A stretch of 64,000 nucleotides of DNA, taken from positions 288,001 to 352,000 of the forward strand of contig CAVSIV010000006.1 in assembly GCA_963728205.1 (NCBI GenBank), in the 5' to 3' direction. Every line of letters begins with the position of its first letter. Positions within the stretch are counted from its first letter, which is position 1. A program made the translations under genes and the position numbers. The notes beneath the pieces are model-generated. The model made no database searches, was not told where the DNA came from, and worked only from the letters and a program-made list of their open reading frames with translations. Positions 50,033-60,966 of the stretch are shown here, in pieces. The DNA comes from an uncultured Chloroflexia bacterium. GTDB taxonomy: Bacteria > Chloroflexota > Dehalococcoidia > UBA2979.

Positions 50033-51287
50033 GGCGACCACTGGGATAGCGCCGCTTCAGCCCGGAGAGATCAACACCTTGTCCGCATCGCCGTATCCGT
50101 CGGTGTCCATGAGCGCCGTCAACCGCGCTTTCGATGCATCGTCAGTGGATGCAGAGGGCTCGGCACTGCTCTACGACCGCTCGACGGGTCGCGTCTACGC
50201 AATCCGCGGGGTATGGGCCGTCTGCTTCCTGCCATCCGACGGTCCGCAGCCCCTCGCGCTAGCACTGACCCGCTCCGCCAACGGGAACTCAGCTCCTCAG
50301 CGCGCCCTGCTTCTGCGCCTCGATCCCTTCGAAGCGCGCGTGCTCGACGTCCCGATCCGCCCGGCTGGTCCTTGCCTCGGCGACTCCGGTCGGGGCGAGC
50401 ACGATTGGCAAGATCCGCACGCGATTCCGGTCGAAGTCCGCGGCGACCCGATGACCACCGCCGGGAGGCTGCTCCCAACCGGACGCTATGCCTTCGATCC
50501 CGACACGCTGCGCCTCACCTTTCGACAGGTCGAGCCGCCGTTCAACGCGGGACCGCCGGATGGAACGGTGGTTCATCGCTGGCCCGGCGTGCCCGCTGGT
50601 CCCTCGCTGGAGCTTGTCCGCCGACAGGGCCAGACGGACCTGGTCGATACGAACTCCGGACGCACGGTGCTCGTCGGCGTCGATCGCTACGACATCTCCC
50701 CGGATGGGCGGTTACTCGCGACGTACGCGTCCGCGCGGCCCGACGGCCCCCAGCACAGCTTCATCGTCGCCCTCGCCTCCGGGGCCGCGACCCCGATTGC
50801 CGTCGACATCACCGCCGGATTCGCCTGGTCCCCGGACGGTCGCTGGCTCGCCGGTGTGCGGGACGCCGCAAACGGGGGCGTCGTCGCCGTCCGCGTCGGA
50901 CAGACGTCCGGCCCCTCGATCCAGGTCGGCCCTGTGCTGGGTCCGTACCTCGATCGGTTCGCCCTGGGCTGGACGGCGGCCGGCCGCCTGCTGGTGGGGC
51001 GCGGCGGTGGAACCACAAACGAGACAACGGTCGAGACGATCGACCCGGCGACCGGCCGACTCGACACGCTGACCAGTTTGCTCGGTCCCGCGGTCTTCGT
51101 TGAGTCACCCGACGGCAGCGTCGCAGCGACAGGGGAGCGGGGAGTGGTCGCCTTGTACTCGCTGTCCAACGGAAATCGCATGGTTCCGCAACCGCTCGAA
51201 GGCATGGGTTTGACAGGACGGTTCCTCTTCTCCTGGTCCCCCAGTGGGCGCTGGCTGGCCGCGTTCCTTGACAACGGGCAGTCGTGA
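50033..51287 (+). pseudogene. 3' part (external WD40/TolB-like propeller) of the IS-interrupted LuxR-TM gene
   Basis: SPDGRLLA, WSPDGRWLA, SPDGS, WSPSGRWLA; same frame as 47155 after removing the IS and one TSD. Confidence 0.8.
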
Positions 51288-51519
51288 CGCATCCGCTCGC
51301 TCAATCGGTCTGCCTTTGTGGAGGCTCCTCCAGTGGATCTCTCTCGGGCAGGTGGGTGTTGGATCGGTCGTAGCGGCGGGCCGCGCCAAGGCGCGAGTGC
51401 CGGCGGTTCGCGTGCCGAGCTGCCGATCGCGTCAATAGGTGAAGCTGCGGGCGGCGTCGAGCGCGTCGACATCGCCCGGCGCGAGGCGAACGGCGAGCCT
51501 GTTGCGGTAAGCTCCGGCG

Positions 51520-52095
51520 ATGGCTCGCCGCCTGCGCCTCGGCATCGACTTCGACGGCGTCATTTCCGACACGATCGCCGCGATGATCGACTACGCGTCT
51601 GCCGTGCACGGGATCGACCTCGCGCCTCATGAGTGCCTGGTGCCGGCCGGCCCGGCGCGTCTCGGCGTTGAGGCGTACCAAGCGCTGATCGCGGACGCGC
51701 ACGGCACCGAATACGCACTCGGCATGCCCGCGATCCCAGGCGCGCTCGAGGCAATCGCAGATCATGGCGCGCGGCGCGACGCCGTGATCGTTACGGCCCG
51801 CGGCGGCTCGGCGTTCGACCACACATCGACGTGGCTCGCGCGCGCCGGCCTGCGTGACGTGCTGCAAGACGTCGTGTCGTCTCGCGGCGTGACGAAAGCG
51901 GAAGTGGCGACGCGCCTCGGCCTCGACGTTCTGCTCGACGACGTGCCCGCGAACCCGCAGGACCTGCCACGATCGGTGGTGCCGGCTTCGTGGTCGGCCG
52001 TCTACAACGATGCCCTGCCGGTCGGCCGCCGCTGCGCCGCGTCGAGGGATGGGATGCATTCGCGGCGTTGGTCGCGGACCTGGCGGCCGCTAGCG
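51520..52095 (+). CDS. HAD-superfamily NT5C-like phosphatase (3' end frameshifted)
   Basis: GIDFDGVISD, IVTAR, K...LLDD motifs. Confidence 0.75.
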
Positions 52096-52415
52096 CGCCT
52101 ATCCAGACCGAGAGGCAGAGGCCGCCCTGACACCCGGGCGGTGCGTGGCCCCCGTTCCTGGAGTTCGGCCCGGCCCGCATCGGCATGCCGGGGACGTACA
52201 CACCATCACCGGCGGCCTGTTCCCGTTGCCTGCTCCGATAGGCGCTGACATCCCAGGACGTCGCGATCGCCGAGTTCGGCGCACGTGAAACGGGCGCGAA
52301 TGCGCTCGGGATACTGAGTGTGTCGATTCCCGCCCGCCTTCCCGATCGGCTGCTCTCCTGGGGTCGGCGCGGGGCTTCCGGGCCGGCACTTTCCGCGCCT
52401 ACCGGCCGAGTGCTG

Positions 52416-52922
52416 GCTGCCGATGGATCGGACCGGCGCCTGGTCACGAAGCAGGACGCGCCGTTCATCGCTGTCGCGGGGACGTGGGTGTCGAACGACC
52501 GCATTGCCGCATCGGTGGGTAGTACATCGTCCACCCCGGCCATCTTCGGGCTCGATGGCTCGGAGACGCCGGTGAGCGGGCTGCAGGTCGGCAGCGGCGG
52601 AGTGGCGACGCGCCTGGCCGACGGCCGGTGGGTCACCGGCTCGTTCCTGCGGGCGGGGCCGATTCGCGTGGGTATGGCCGGGGCGATGCACACGATCGCG
52701 GACGGACTTTCCCCGGCGCCGTCGCCGAATGGCGGCTGGGTGGCGTTCATCGCGGGCGCAACGCTGCGCGTCGTGCGGATCGACGGTACCGACGACCAGC
52801 AGGTCCTCGACCTCACCTCACGAGGGTGGGATCTTCCGTTTGGCCACCAGTGGGATCTTTAAGCTGGCCGCGCGACATACCGGCAGCCTGTCGTCGCCTG
52901 GAGACCGCAGGGGAGCAGGTGA
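52416..52922 (+). pseudogene. 5'-truncated paralog of the 34343-35368 TolB-like gene
   Basis: AADGSDRRLV...GTWVS...FGLDGS...SPNGGWVAFIAGATLRV align with the intact copy. Confidence 0.8.
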
Positions 52923-52949
52923 CCGTCGGGGCGCGGTCATCACGCCGCG

Positions 52950-54197
52950 TCAGCGCGCCGGCGACTGCCACTGCGTCTGCCATGACACTCCGCCGTCGGC
53001 TGTGTGCAGGATCGCCGAGCGTCCTGTGAACATTGAACCGACGAGCCAGCCCGACGAAGCCGATCGGAATGCGGCGGCGGCCGGCTGCTCGAGATGCGGC
53101 ACAACCGAAGCGGGCGTGCCGACAACGTCGCCGCCGCGGCTGACCAGGACGAACGAGGTCGTCGGCTTGGTAGCGGCCGGCGACCAGCCGAACAGGACGG
53201 CGCCGCTCGCGTCCAGCGCACTGAAGGGTCCAGCTTCCCCCACGTCGAACCGGGCGGCGGCGTCAGGTTCAGTACAGCCACGCAACGACGCATTACAGAC
53301 CACCGTCTGGAAGCCGCCATCGTCTGCACCGTGGTACAGCCAGTAAGCGCAGGTGCCGGCGGCGCAGTTGCCGCGCGCGAGCGCCCAGACCGCCGTCGAT
53401 CCTGCGCACTGAGTGGAGCGAGCGCGACCGAACGCATCGCCGTTCGCCGGGGTGAACGCCTTCGTCCAGGTCCGTCCGGCGTCATGGCTGCGGTACAGAG
53501 CGGCGCTCTCGGTCATCAGCCACCCGTGGTGCGGGTCGCTGAAGCAAACGGACGCCGGGACCTGCGGCGCCGCGACGCGCTCCCACGTGAGTCCCCCGTC
53601 GGTGCTGTGCGCGAGGAACGAAACGCGGCTATCGCCGCGTTCGATGCCCCAGCCGTCGCTCGCCGAGTCGAAGCCCACCTCCTGCAGAGCCGGCGCCGGC
53701 ATCGGTAGCTCCCGCCAGCAGTCCCCGCCGTCGGACGTGACCAGCAGATGCGCTTTCCCGAGCGCCCAGCCGTGCTCCGCGTCGATGAACCGGACCGCTT
53801 GCAGCGCAGCTGTTCCGCGATACTGCTCGGCCCAATGCGCACCCCCGTCGCGCGTCGTGAGGATGCGCCCCGCACCGACCGCCCACCCGCGCGTGTCGGA
53901 GACGAACAGGATGTCGGCGAGCACCGGTGGGGCCGTCGTATCCGCCGCCGGCGTCGCGGTCGATTCACTCCCTACGCACGCGGTCGTGGAGGCTGCGGTC
54001 GTGGTCGGCGTCGGCACGGCGGTGGGCGTGACAGAGCCGGCGATCGCTGCGCCCGGGGACGCGGAGGCTCCTCCGCTCGCGGTGGTGGCTGGTCCGTGAG
54101 CGCCGCTGCAGGCGGTGAGAATTGGCACCAGGACGAGCGCGGCCACCATGCGCGGGCTGATGGCGATCGCTCTCGATGCGCGGCCACGTCTCAGCAT
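52950..54197 (-). CDS. BNR/Asp-box beta-propeller lipoprotein
   Basis: Lipobox LTAC, TRDGGAHW, TSDGGDCW, STDGGLTW, TADGGVSW. Confidence 0.85.
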   Translation of the reverse strand: MLRRGRASRAIAISPRMVAALVLVPILTACSGAHGPATTASGGASASPGAAIAGSVTPTAVPTPTTTAASTTACVGSESTATPAADTTAPPVLADILFVSDTRGWAVGAGRILTTRDGGAHWAEQYRGTAALQAVRFIDAEHGWALGKAHLLVTSDGGDCWRELPMPAPALQEVGFDSASDGWGIERGDSRVSFLAHSTDGGLTWERVAAPQVPASVCFSDPHHGWLMTESAALYRSHDAGRTWTKAFTPANGDAFGRARSTQCAGSTAVWALARGNCAAGTCAYWLYHGADDGGFQTVVCNASLRGCTEPDAAARFDVGEAGPFSALDASGAVLFGWSPAATKPTTSFVLVSRGGDVVGTPASVVPHLEQPAAAAFRSASSGWLVGSMFTGRSAILHTADGGVSWQTQWQSPAR

Positions 54198-54407
54198 GAG
54201 CGCTCCGAATCGAATCAGCCTGCCGCCGATGACAGTGGGTGCCCGACGGTGGCCAGAAAGCCAGACTGCCCGACCTCGGGCTCGAGCACCAGATCTCACG
54301 ACGTCGGCCCCACGCGGGCGTCATGCCAGAGCCGGAGCCGGGGCGAGCCGTACCGCGTCCTGGACGCACTACGGGACCAGGACGCTCAGCGCTCTCACCG
54401 CTGCCGG

Positions 54408-55106
54408 TTATCGGATGGAAGTCGGCTCGACCGGTGTGGACGGAGATGCGCTGGCCCCGGCCCATCCGGGCCGCACGGGGTGAGCGCTGAGGCTCGTCGC
54501 GTCCGGGCTGCTGACGGTGAGCGACGTCAGGCGCGGCGATGGTCCGAGCGTCGTGTCCGGCATGTCGATGCCCGCGAAGAGCGTGAAGGTGATCCACACC
54601 TCCCGCTCGGGGTGCGCGAGCGTGACCGTCACGTGGTGGGGTCCTGACGCGTTGACGACGCCGCCGTTGTACGGCGAGCCTCCGGGGGACTGCATGCGGA
54701 ACTGGCTGCCCGCCGGGCTCACCTGCGACCACGCGACGGAGAAGCGGTCGAGCGGGGTTGGGGACGTGACGAGCACCTCGTAGAACCCATAGCGCTGTGC
54801 GGTTGGCGGTGAGCCGACCCAGGTCGGGCGCGAGATGTGATCGATTGCGATCACGACCGCGCCCGTGTTGTCGATGGCCACGTCGCAGCAGTGCGGGTCG
54901 GGGAACCGGGTGATGTGGACCTGCGCCACCGCGGGCGGCTGGGCCTGCGTCGGCGAAGCGGACGCCGTGACCGCAGCACGACTCGTCGTAGGGGTTGACG
55001 TCGGCGCCGCGCCAGGCGGGGCCCCGCGGGCGCACCCGCTCAGCGCGATCAGCGCAATCACCATCGTCGTGGCCCGTAGACGTGAGGGAGTTGCACGCCT
55101 TCGCAC
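54408..55106 (-). CDS. Hypothetical lipoprotein
   Basis: Lipobox LSGC, P/T linker. Confidence 0.65.
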   Translation of the reverse strand: MRRRATPSRLRATTMVIALIALSGCARGAPPGAAPTSTPTTSRAAVTASASPTQAQPPAVAQVHITRFPDPHCCDVAIDNTGAVVIAIDHISRPTWVGSPPTAQRYGFYEVLVTSPTPLDRFSVAWSQVSPAGSQFRMQSPGGSPYNGGVVNASGPHHVTVTLAHPEREVWITFTLFAGIDMPDTTLGPSPRLTSLTVSSPDATSLSAHPVRPGWAGASASPSTPVEPTSIR

Positions 55107-55256
55107 GTTGCGCCTCCTGCTGCGGGCTGCTCGCGATAGTCGCGGTTGGCGCGGAAGACGGCCGTACGGCGGGCGCGACGAGTCGAGGGCGCGGTCCGGC
55201 TCGCTGGGTCTATCTAGCGTATGAGTTCCATGCTGTCGGCGATGCGCAGCAATTGA

Positions 55257-55870
55257 TGTCGCTGATCACGGTAATTAAGCAGATGGCCGGGGATCTTGAT
55301 CGTGGTTATTGACCAGGTCGCTGATCACGGGAATTGACCACCGGGCCCTCCTGAGGAGGCCATCCAGCACGATCAGCCTGCGGCGGACACCGCAGGAGGG
55401 CGTGGATGGCGCGAAGGAGGATCGAGGTGGGAGACGTCCGGGAGATCCTGGCGCAGTGGGACGCCAGCGAGAGCATCAGCGCGATCGCCGGGGCGCTGGG
55501 GTACACGCGGGTCACCGTGCGCAAGTACGTCCGTGCAGCCGAGTCGGTGCGGTTGGTGCGGGGAGCGCAGCGCCGCCGCGATGCGAGCTCGGAGCGGCTC
55601 GCGGCCTCGGCGATGGCCCCACTGAGCGCGGCGCGCACGCCCGGTGCGGCGGGCGAGGAGGTGGCGCGGCTGCACAAGATGATCCAGCCGCACATCGGCG
55701 CCGTACGGTTGAGCGTGCTGCATCAGCGCCTGCGTGACGAGCACGGACTGCGCGCGAGCTGGGGCACCTTCTACCGCTACGCGCGCGCCCACTGGCCCGA
55801 GCAGGTCGGCGCCGGACCCCGCGTTACCTCGCGCCGCCCCGACGACCCGCCCCCGGGCGAGGAGGCACTA
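55257..55870 (+). mobile_element. Truncated IS21-family element (left end + istA N-terminus 55406-55870)
   Basis: TGTCGCTGATCACGG end with repeated gtcgctgatcacggnaatt boxes; MARRRIEVGDVREIL...TVRKY...PPPGEEA. Confidence 0.75.
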
Positions 55871-55893
55871 TGTGGAATTCCACATAGTGCCTC
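55862..55893. repeat. Perfect 32-bp palindrome at IS junction
   Basis: gaggcactatgtggaattccacatagtgcctc equals its own reverse complement. Confidence 0.9.
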
Positions 55894-55974
55894 TTATGCG
55901 GCTTCCGGGAATATGCGGCACCGGGGCGAGGGCGGAAGGGGGGGCTCTTCGGCGAGCTCCAGACGACATTCGGG

Positions 55975-56345
55975 GTGGAGGTAGCACGCCTCGCGGAGCT
56001 GGCCGTCGACGCCCTCGGCGAGCGCGACGGCCTGGCCACGCTCGAGCGGTCGATCCGCACCGCGATGGCGAAGTTGGGGGCGACACCACCTTCCTCGAAG
56101 GGCTGCTCGCGGCCGACCGCGGACACCGCGGTCAGCGCATCGATTGCGGAGCAGGCCACCAGGCAAGAGTTCGTCGGCTACCGTCCTCGGACCCTCGACA
56201 CCGTGCTCGGGCCGATCACGCTGCGACGCGCCTACTACCGCTGTAGGGAATGCGCGCACGGCGTGGTGCCGCGCGACGAGGCGCTCGGCGTCACGAGCGC
56301 CTCGCTCTCTCCTGGGCTGCGTGCGATGGTGGCGCCGGTGGGGCG
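55975..56345 (+). pseudogene. ISKra4/UPF0236-family transposase fragment
   Basis: CGAGH...TVLGPITLRRAYYRCRECAHGVVPRDEALG...SLSPG; frameshifted and truncated. Confidence 0.75.
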
Positions 56346-56369
56346 AGAGTATGCCCTCGCCACGCGCCC

Positions 56370-57620
56370 CTACTGGTCCGGAGCGAGTAACAGTCGCACA
56401 TCCTCGCCCTTAGCTACCACCTGGCCTCGAACCGTCACTGAGATGGGGAGTCTCGCTCCGGTTTGATCGACGCACCGCCCGGGAAAGGTCTCGCCGGAAT
56501 AGACACGTCTGCTAAGCAGCTCCTGACCGTGGCAGGTGAACCCTACGCCGCCATCTCCGTGCCAGTGCGCCAGGAGCGATGGCGCATCGCTGACGGCGGT
56601 GCTATCTCCTGTCTTTACGTCTAACACCGACCATGTAGCTGCAGGAGAGGCATTGCCGCAATTCGTCCCCTGATCTCCCGTCGGACTCCGTCCAACGGTC
56701 CGAGAGTATAGGAGCCCAGAGTCGGTAGGCGCCCACTCCCAAGCAGTGATGTTATCTGTAGCAGATGTTATCGCAGTGCGGACGACGCCATCTCGCGCAC
56801 CAACGATTTCCATTCGATGCGACTCAACATCGTCACAGACGTGTTGACTGATTGCTTGCTCAGCGATTAGTTGCCCATCCCAAGATGGAACAGCATATCC
56901 GCTGGTCTCTATGTACTTATCCACTGTGCCGTGCTGTACAATGCCGAAGTCCCGCGGCCCTTCTCCTGATCCCGACGAGAACGCCACCAGCACGGAACCA
57001 TCATTTAACATCGCAATAGGTGAAGACATCGGCCGACCGCGCTTCGCGGCAGCTGCTGGTACTCCTTGGAGAACGATACTAGCAGCACCACTTGAAAGGT
57101 CGACCGCTGCAATCGACGATCTGTGAGGACATGGCGTCGCGCATTTCGCGGATTCATCCACAATCATCGCAACGTTCCCAGTCGTGACAAAAGAAGAAAT
57201 CACATGTCTATTGTTAACCGAAAATATCGCGCCGAGCTTCTGACCGTCGAGCCGATATTTGACCAAGGATTGCCCAGTATTAACGACCAGGAATTCGCGT
57301 GTGCTCGCTAGTCCAGCAATCCGCTCGCCCACCTTGCCGAGGCTGAAAGTCACACTGTTCGAAGGGTGGGAGACGGACGCCGTCTTTATCTCGTAGGTCG
57401 GCCATGTTCTTCCGTTGGCGACTTGGGAAGATATTTGCGACATGACGACAATCCGCTCAGACTCCGGAATTGCCTTCAGCGGATCGCCACGATCGCAGGA
57501 CATGATTATGAAAGCAAGAAGCAACAACGTCGCCGGTCCCACCAAGCGCATTTGGCGATATCTCTCACTCGGTTGTTCGAGCTGGCGCAGGGCAAAGGCA
57601 CCCTGCGCCAGCCCAGACAA
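56370..57620 (-). CDS. Beta-propeller-like lipoprotein, low-GC homolog of the 35365-37177 C-terminal domain
   Basis: IIMSC lipobox; GRTWPTYEI, WEWAPTD, WHG...FTCHG shared motifs. Confidence 0.7.
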   Translation of the reverse strand: MSGLAQGAFALRQLEQPSERYRQMRLVGPATLLLLAFIIMSCDRGDPLKAIPESERIVVMSQISSQVANGRTWPTYEIKTASVSHPSNSVTFSLGKVGERIAGLASTREFLVVNTGQSLVKYRLDGQKLGAIFSVNNRHVISSFVTTGNVAMIVDESAKCATPCPHRSSIAAVDLSSGAASIVLQGVPAAAAKRGRPMSSPIAMLNDGSVLVAFSSGSGEGPRDFGIVQHGTVDKYIETSGYAVPSWDGQLIAEQAISQHVCDDVESHRMEIVGARDGVVRTAITSATDNITAWEWAPTDSGLLYSRTVGRSPTGDQGTNCGNASPAATWSVLDVKTGDSTAVSDAPSLLAHWHGDGGVGFTCHGQELLSRRVYSGETFPGRCVDQTGARLPISVTVRGQVVAKGEDVRLLLAPDQ

Positions 57621-57643
57621 CCTACCACACGCTGTCCCGGTCG

Positions 57644-58345
57644 CTAGAACTCTAGCCGATGGAGCCAGGTACTACTGCCGATTGGCTGCTTTCCACTCGG
57701 AACGGTGCAGTTCGGGTATGGATAAGCGGTATAGCCGCTTTCGCAGTACGGGATTCCGGTTCCATTCGTGTGCTGGTGATTGGTCGGGTGGTTCAGTTGA
57801 TCCCCATCTTGATGCAAGTGCGGGTGATCCCACAAGTTGGGCGCGCAGAGCGGTTGCGTGGACGCAACAGTACCGAGGTACGTACTCTGGTTGCCGGTGC
57901 CGATGGACCAGCTGCTTCCGACGACGCCAGTGGCGTTATCGATGTGGGTGTAGCTCTCCTGCCCAAGGTACGTACCGAACGTGGGATCGTAGAACTCGAC
58001 ATAGAGGCCGGTGCATCCAGAGCCATTGTCGAAGGCGTCCGCATCGACCCCGCCACTGATCCCGTACGTCTTCAGGTACACCGACATGCCGGCATCTGCA
58101 TCAGCCGTGCTTCCCCAGTTCAGGTCGAGCCCTGACGTACCACTTGGCCGGGCATGCCACCCATAGTGGTAGACACCTGAGGTCGCGCTGAGCCCGTAGT
58201 AGATTGCTACTGACTTACCTGTGCTGTGGGCTGATACTTGCGGCGAATTAGCCGCTAGTCCTCCACCTACGATCAAGGCGAATCCGAGCAGTGATGCTAG
58301 CGCCAAGCTCCTAACCCGCCGGTCTTTGAGCACTTTGGTTGTCAC
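57644..58345 (-). CDS. Secreted protein, divergent M23 peptidase-like
   Basis: Signal peptide; H...GLDL, YTHI, YLGTV, HPHLH. Confidence 0.55.
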   Translation of the reverse strand: MTTKVLKDRRVRSLALASLLGFALIVGGGLAANSPQVSAHSTGKSVAIYYGLSATSGVYHYGWHARPSGTSGLDLNWGSTADADAGMSVYLKTYGISGGVDADAFDNGSGCTGLYVEFYDPTFGTYLGQESYTHIDNATGVVGSSWSIGTGNQSTYLGTVASTQPLCAPNLWDHPHLHQDGDQLNHPTNHQHTNGTGIPYCESGYTAYPYPNCTVPSGKQPIGSSTWLHRLEF

Positions 58346-58953
58346 TACTTCACCTCCAGGTCGGTCGTAAGTGCGACGACGGAAGAACTGTCGGGGAAGT
58401 TGAAGGCAGTCAGGATAGTTTCGATCCCGCCGTCCACCCATCGAAGATGGCGCGGATTGGTCTGAGGCGCCGCGATCTTTGGCTCAATGAGTACAGCTGG
58501 TCCGCGTGGAGTCTGGATGGCCTCCGTTCGGGTCCACTTCTGGTCGGCGAGTACGACATCCAATGGCAACTCAGGCGGCCTCCACCTCCGAACGCGGACC
58601 GTCCGCGTGCCGTTACTGTAGGTTGACGTGATGTCGACTGCGCCAGAGGTTGCTCTAGCGCCGACCGCGTCGACAAGCGGTAGCGATCCGACTTGCCCCG
58701 GCACGAGGCCAGGAAGTAACGTTTGTGTCTCCGCAATACCGGCGGCTTGCTGCCACGACAACCGCGCCGTTCCTGGTGGGACCGCGGGCTGAAGCGGAGA
58801 GCCAGGCGGGAGCAGCCGGTAGGCTCCGTGAAGGCGAGGTGCTGATTGCTGGGCGCCGCCCGTCCCCTGCGTAAGGATGAAAACTCCGATTGCAAGGCTG
58901 ACGGCGAGGAGCGCCGGCAGGAACAGTCGGAGATTCTTCATGCGTAACATCAC
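58345..58953 (-). CDS. Exported hypothetical protein
   Basis: N-terminal hydrophobic helix; stop/start overlap with the next gene; RBS gaggag. Confidence 0.65.
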   Translation of the reverse strand: MMLRMKNLRLFLPALLAVSLAIGVFILTQGTGGAQQSAPRLHGAYRLLPPGSPLQPAVPPGTARLSWQQAAGIAETQTLLPGLVPGQVGSLPLVDAVGARATSGAVDITSTYSNGTRTVRVRRWRPPELPLDVVLADQKWTRTEAIQTPRGPAVLIEPKIAAPQTNPRHLRWVDGGIETILTAFNFPDSSSVVALTTDLEVK

Positions 58954-59751
58954 TGCTTCTCCTCTGCATGGACAGTGCAGGTGAGCGACGGTTCTGGAAT
59001 CCGACGACCGTCGGCGCGCTCAGCATTAACGTCGGCAGGCGACGGGCGGCGCCATTCGGAAGCCATGCCTCCCCCTAATCGGCTCCGGGATTCTGCAATC
59101 TGGCCGGTTCCCTCTGACATCGCTCTTCTTCGACGGGAGAGTCCGTCTTCTCGGCTAGGGCCGTCCACCCCACTCTTGCTGATATTCATCGTCACTTCAG
59201 ATGAATTGCTTCGTGATCAGCGGGGTTGACACGGAGTGCGATATACGATGATGGCGACGCCGACGCGGTCGTCGCCGTCGGGCCCCGGAAGCATGGGGTT
59301 GGCGCGACAAGGTGCGCTGAGCCAGATGGAAGACAGCGACTAGGAGCACCGACCGCATACCCGGAAGACGGCCATTGCGAGGGGCCCACCGATGAGACCT
59401 TGATTGCTCAACGCAATCAAACCGCGAGGCAGACCTCAACTGAGCGAGAATAGGGGCAACGTGAGCCCTATCGGTCGCGGTCGTTCTGCATGATGCACAA
59501 CAAGCTTGAGCCCGCGTGATGGGATGGTCGAGCGCGCCTTAGCACCCGAACCTGCGGCGGCGGGGCCTGGGGCCAGCCCCCGCAGGCTCGCTCGACGACG
59601 TCCCGCCCGGCCACCCTATCGCGCAGGGAGGCGATCAGCACGGCCCGCGCTCGACTGGATGCCTGCGCCCGCCCGAGCGTGGCGCGCAGAGTGATTCACG
59701 ACACGCTAAGGGGCGAGCGATTCGCAGCAGGCCGAAGAGGGAGATGTGCGG

Positions 59752-60060
59752 TCATTTTCCAATCCGCAAGTCTACTTGCTCAGCCAACGTACGGACATCC
59801 GAATGCGGAGGGCATCCAGCGAAAATGCAGCACCCAGCGTGATTAGCACACCAGAGTGCCAGTTGCTGCCCATTGTGCAGACCGGTCTTTCCGCGAATTC
59901 GCGTGAGGTGAGATCGCACCGTTGGGAGGGAGATTGCGAGATCAGATGCGATTCGAGTGGGTACGTGGCCCACGTAGAATAGCGCGGCTACTTCCGATTC
60001 TCTCCGCGTAAGCTCAACATGATCCGGCTGGCATCTGTCGGACGGTCGTGGAAGCATCAT
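59752..60060 (-). CDS. Small LuxR-family HTH protein
   Basis: LTRRESEV...IASDLAISLPTVRSHLTRIRGKTG; Cys-rich tail. Confidence 0.75.
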   Translation of the reverse strand: MMLPRPSDRCQPDHVELTRRESEVAALFYVGHVPTRIASDLAISLPTVRSHLTRIRGKTGLHNGQQLALWCANHAGCCIFAGCPPHSDVRTLAEQVDLRIGK

Positions 60061-60273
60061 GGGAACCCATTTCTGCCGGCCCGTTCTTGCCGCAGTTGAT
60101 CTCCTTCCTGCGCGCGCTCGGAACGCGCCGGACTGGGGCGCGGCCGATCTGAAACGTACGCACGCGCATACGTCAACATTATGCATGCCTATATAACGTT
60201 GTTGCGGCGATGTCCGGGTACGGTCGGAGGCGGCACAGTCCGGGGCTAGAACAGCTGGGCTAGCGCGCTTTAG

Positions 60274-60518
60274 GTAAGCGATCATGGTGACCGTTCCGAG
60301 CGGGAAGTCCGAAACCGGACCCGGCGTCGAACAGTCCGCTGTGACCGCCGCCACAGGCGGCGATGGTCACGACCACGGCAGGGAGCGCCACCGCGAGCGT
60401 GAGCCGCATCCACCACGGCCGTCGCCGGTGCGCGCTGGCCGGGTCCGACCCTCGCGGAACGGTCGTAGGCGGCGGCTGGATCATGACAGCCGCCGGGGCG
60501 TCAGACGGAAGACGACGA
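60274..60518 (-). repeat. Truncated duplicate of the 5' end of the 62347-62862 Rieske-like gene (direct repeat of 62728-62958)
   Basis: About 240 bp near-identical with a few indels. Confidence 0.9.
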
Positions 60519-60603
60519 GGCGACCGCGACCGGCCCGCGGTCCTCCCGGCGTCCGTCGCAGGGCCATGCGCGCACCGCGCGGACAGGCATTGGGACGCGC
60601 CAG

Positions 60604-60966
60604 CTACGCGCGCTCGACCAGCCGGGCGAGGTCCCCCGGATCGAACGGCTTGAAGAGCGTGCGCGCCCCGAGCGCCGCGGTCGCGGCGGCGACCTTGCGC
60701 GAGGTCGTCATCGCCACCACCCGCAAGGCCTGGTCTCCGCTGGTCTCGTGCAGCCGACGGAGGTCATCAAGCCCCTCGCCGCTCGGAGCCGGGGGGTCGA
60801 GGAACAGGATGGTGGGGCCGAAGCAGTCGACCTCCGCGCACACGCCCGCCGGCGCCAGCACCGCGCGGACGTGGTGTCCCGCCTCCTCGAGATCCAGGCG
60901 GAGGAGGTCGGCGATGGCCCGGTCGTGCTCGATGATCAGCACGCGCTCGGCGCGCGAGGTCGCCAT
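60604..60966 (-). CDS. Single-domain response regulator receiver (atypical)
   Basis: VLIIEHD, ILFLD, VVAMT, LFKPFD. Confidence 0.8.
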   Translation of the reverse strand: MATSRAERVLIIEHDRAIADLLRLDLEEAGHHVRAVLAPAGVCAEVDCFGPTILFLDPPAPSGEGLDDLRRLHETSGDQALRVVAMTTSRKVAAATAALGARTLFKPFDPGDLARLVERA

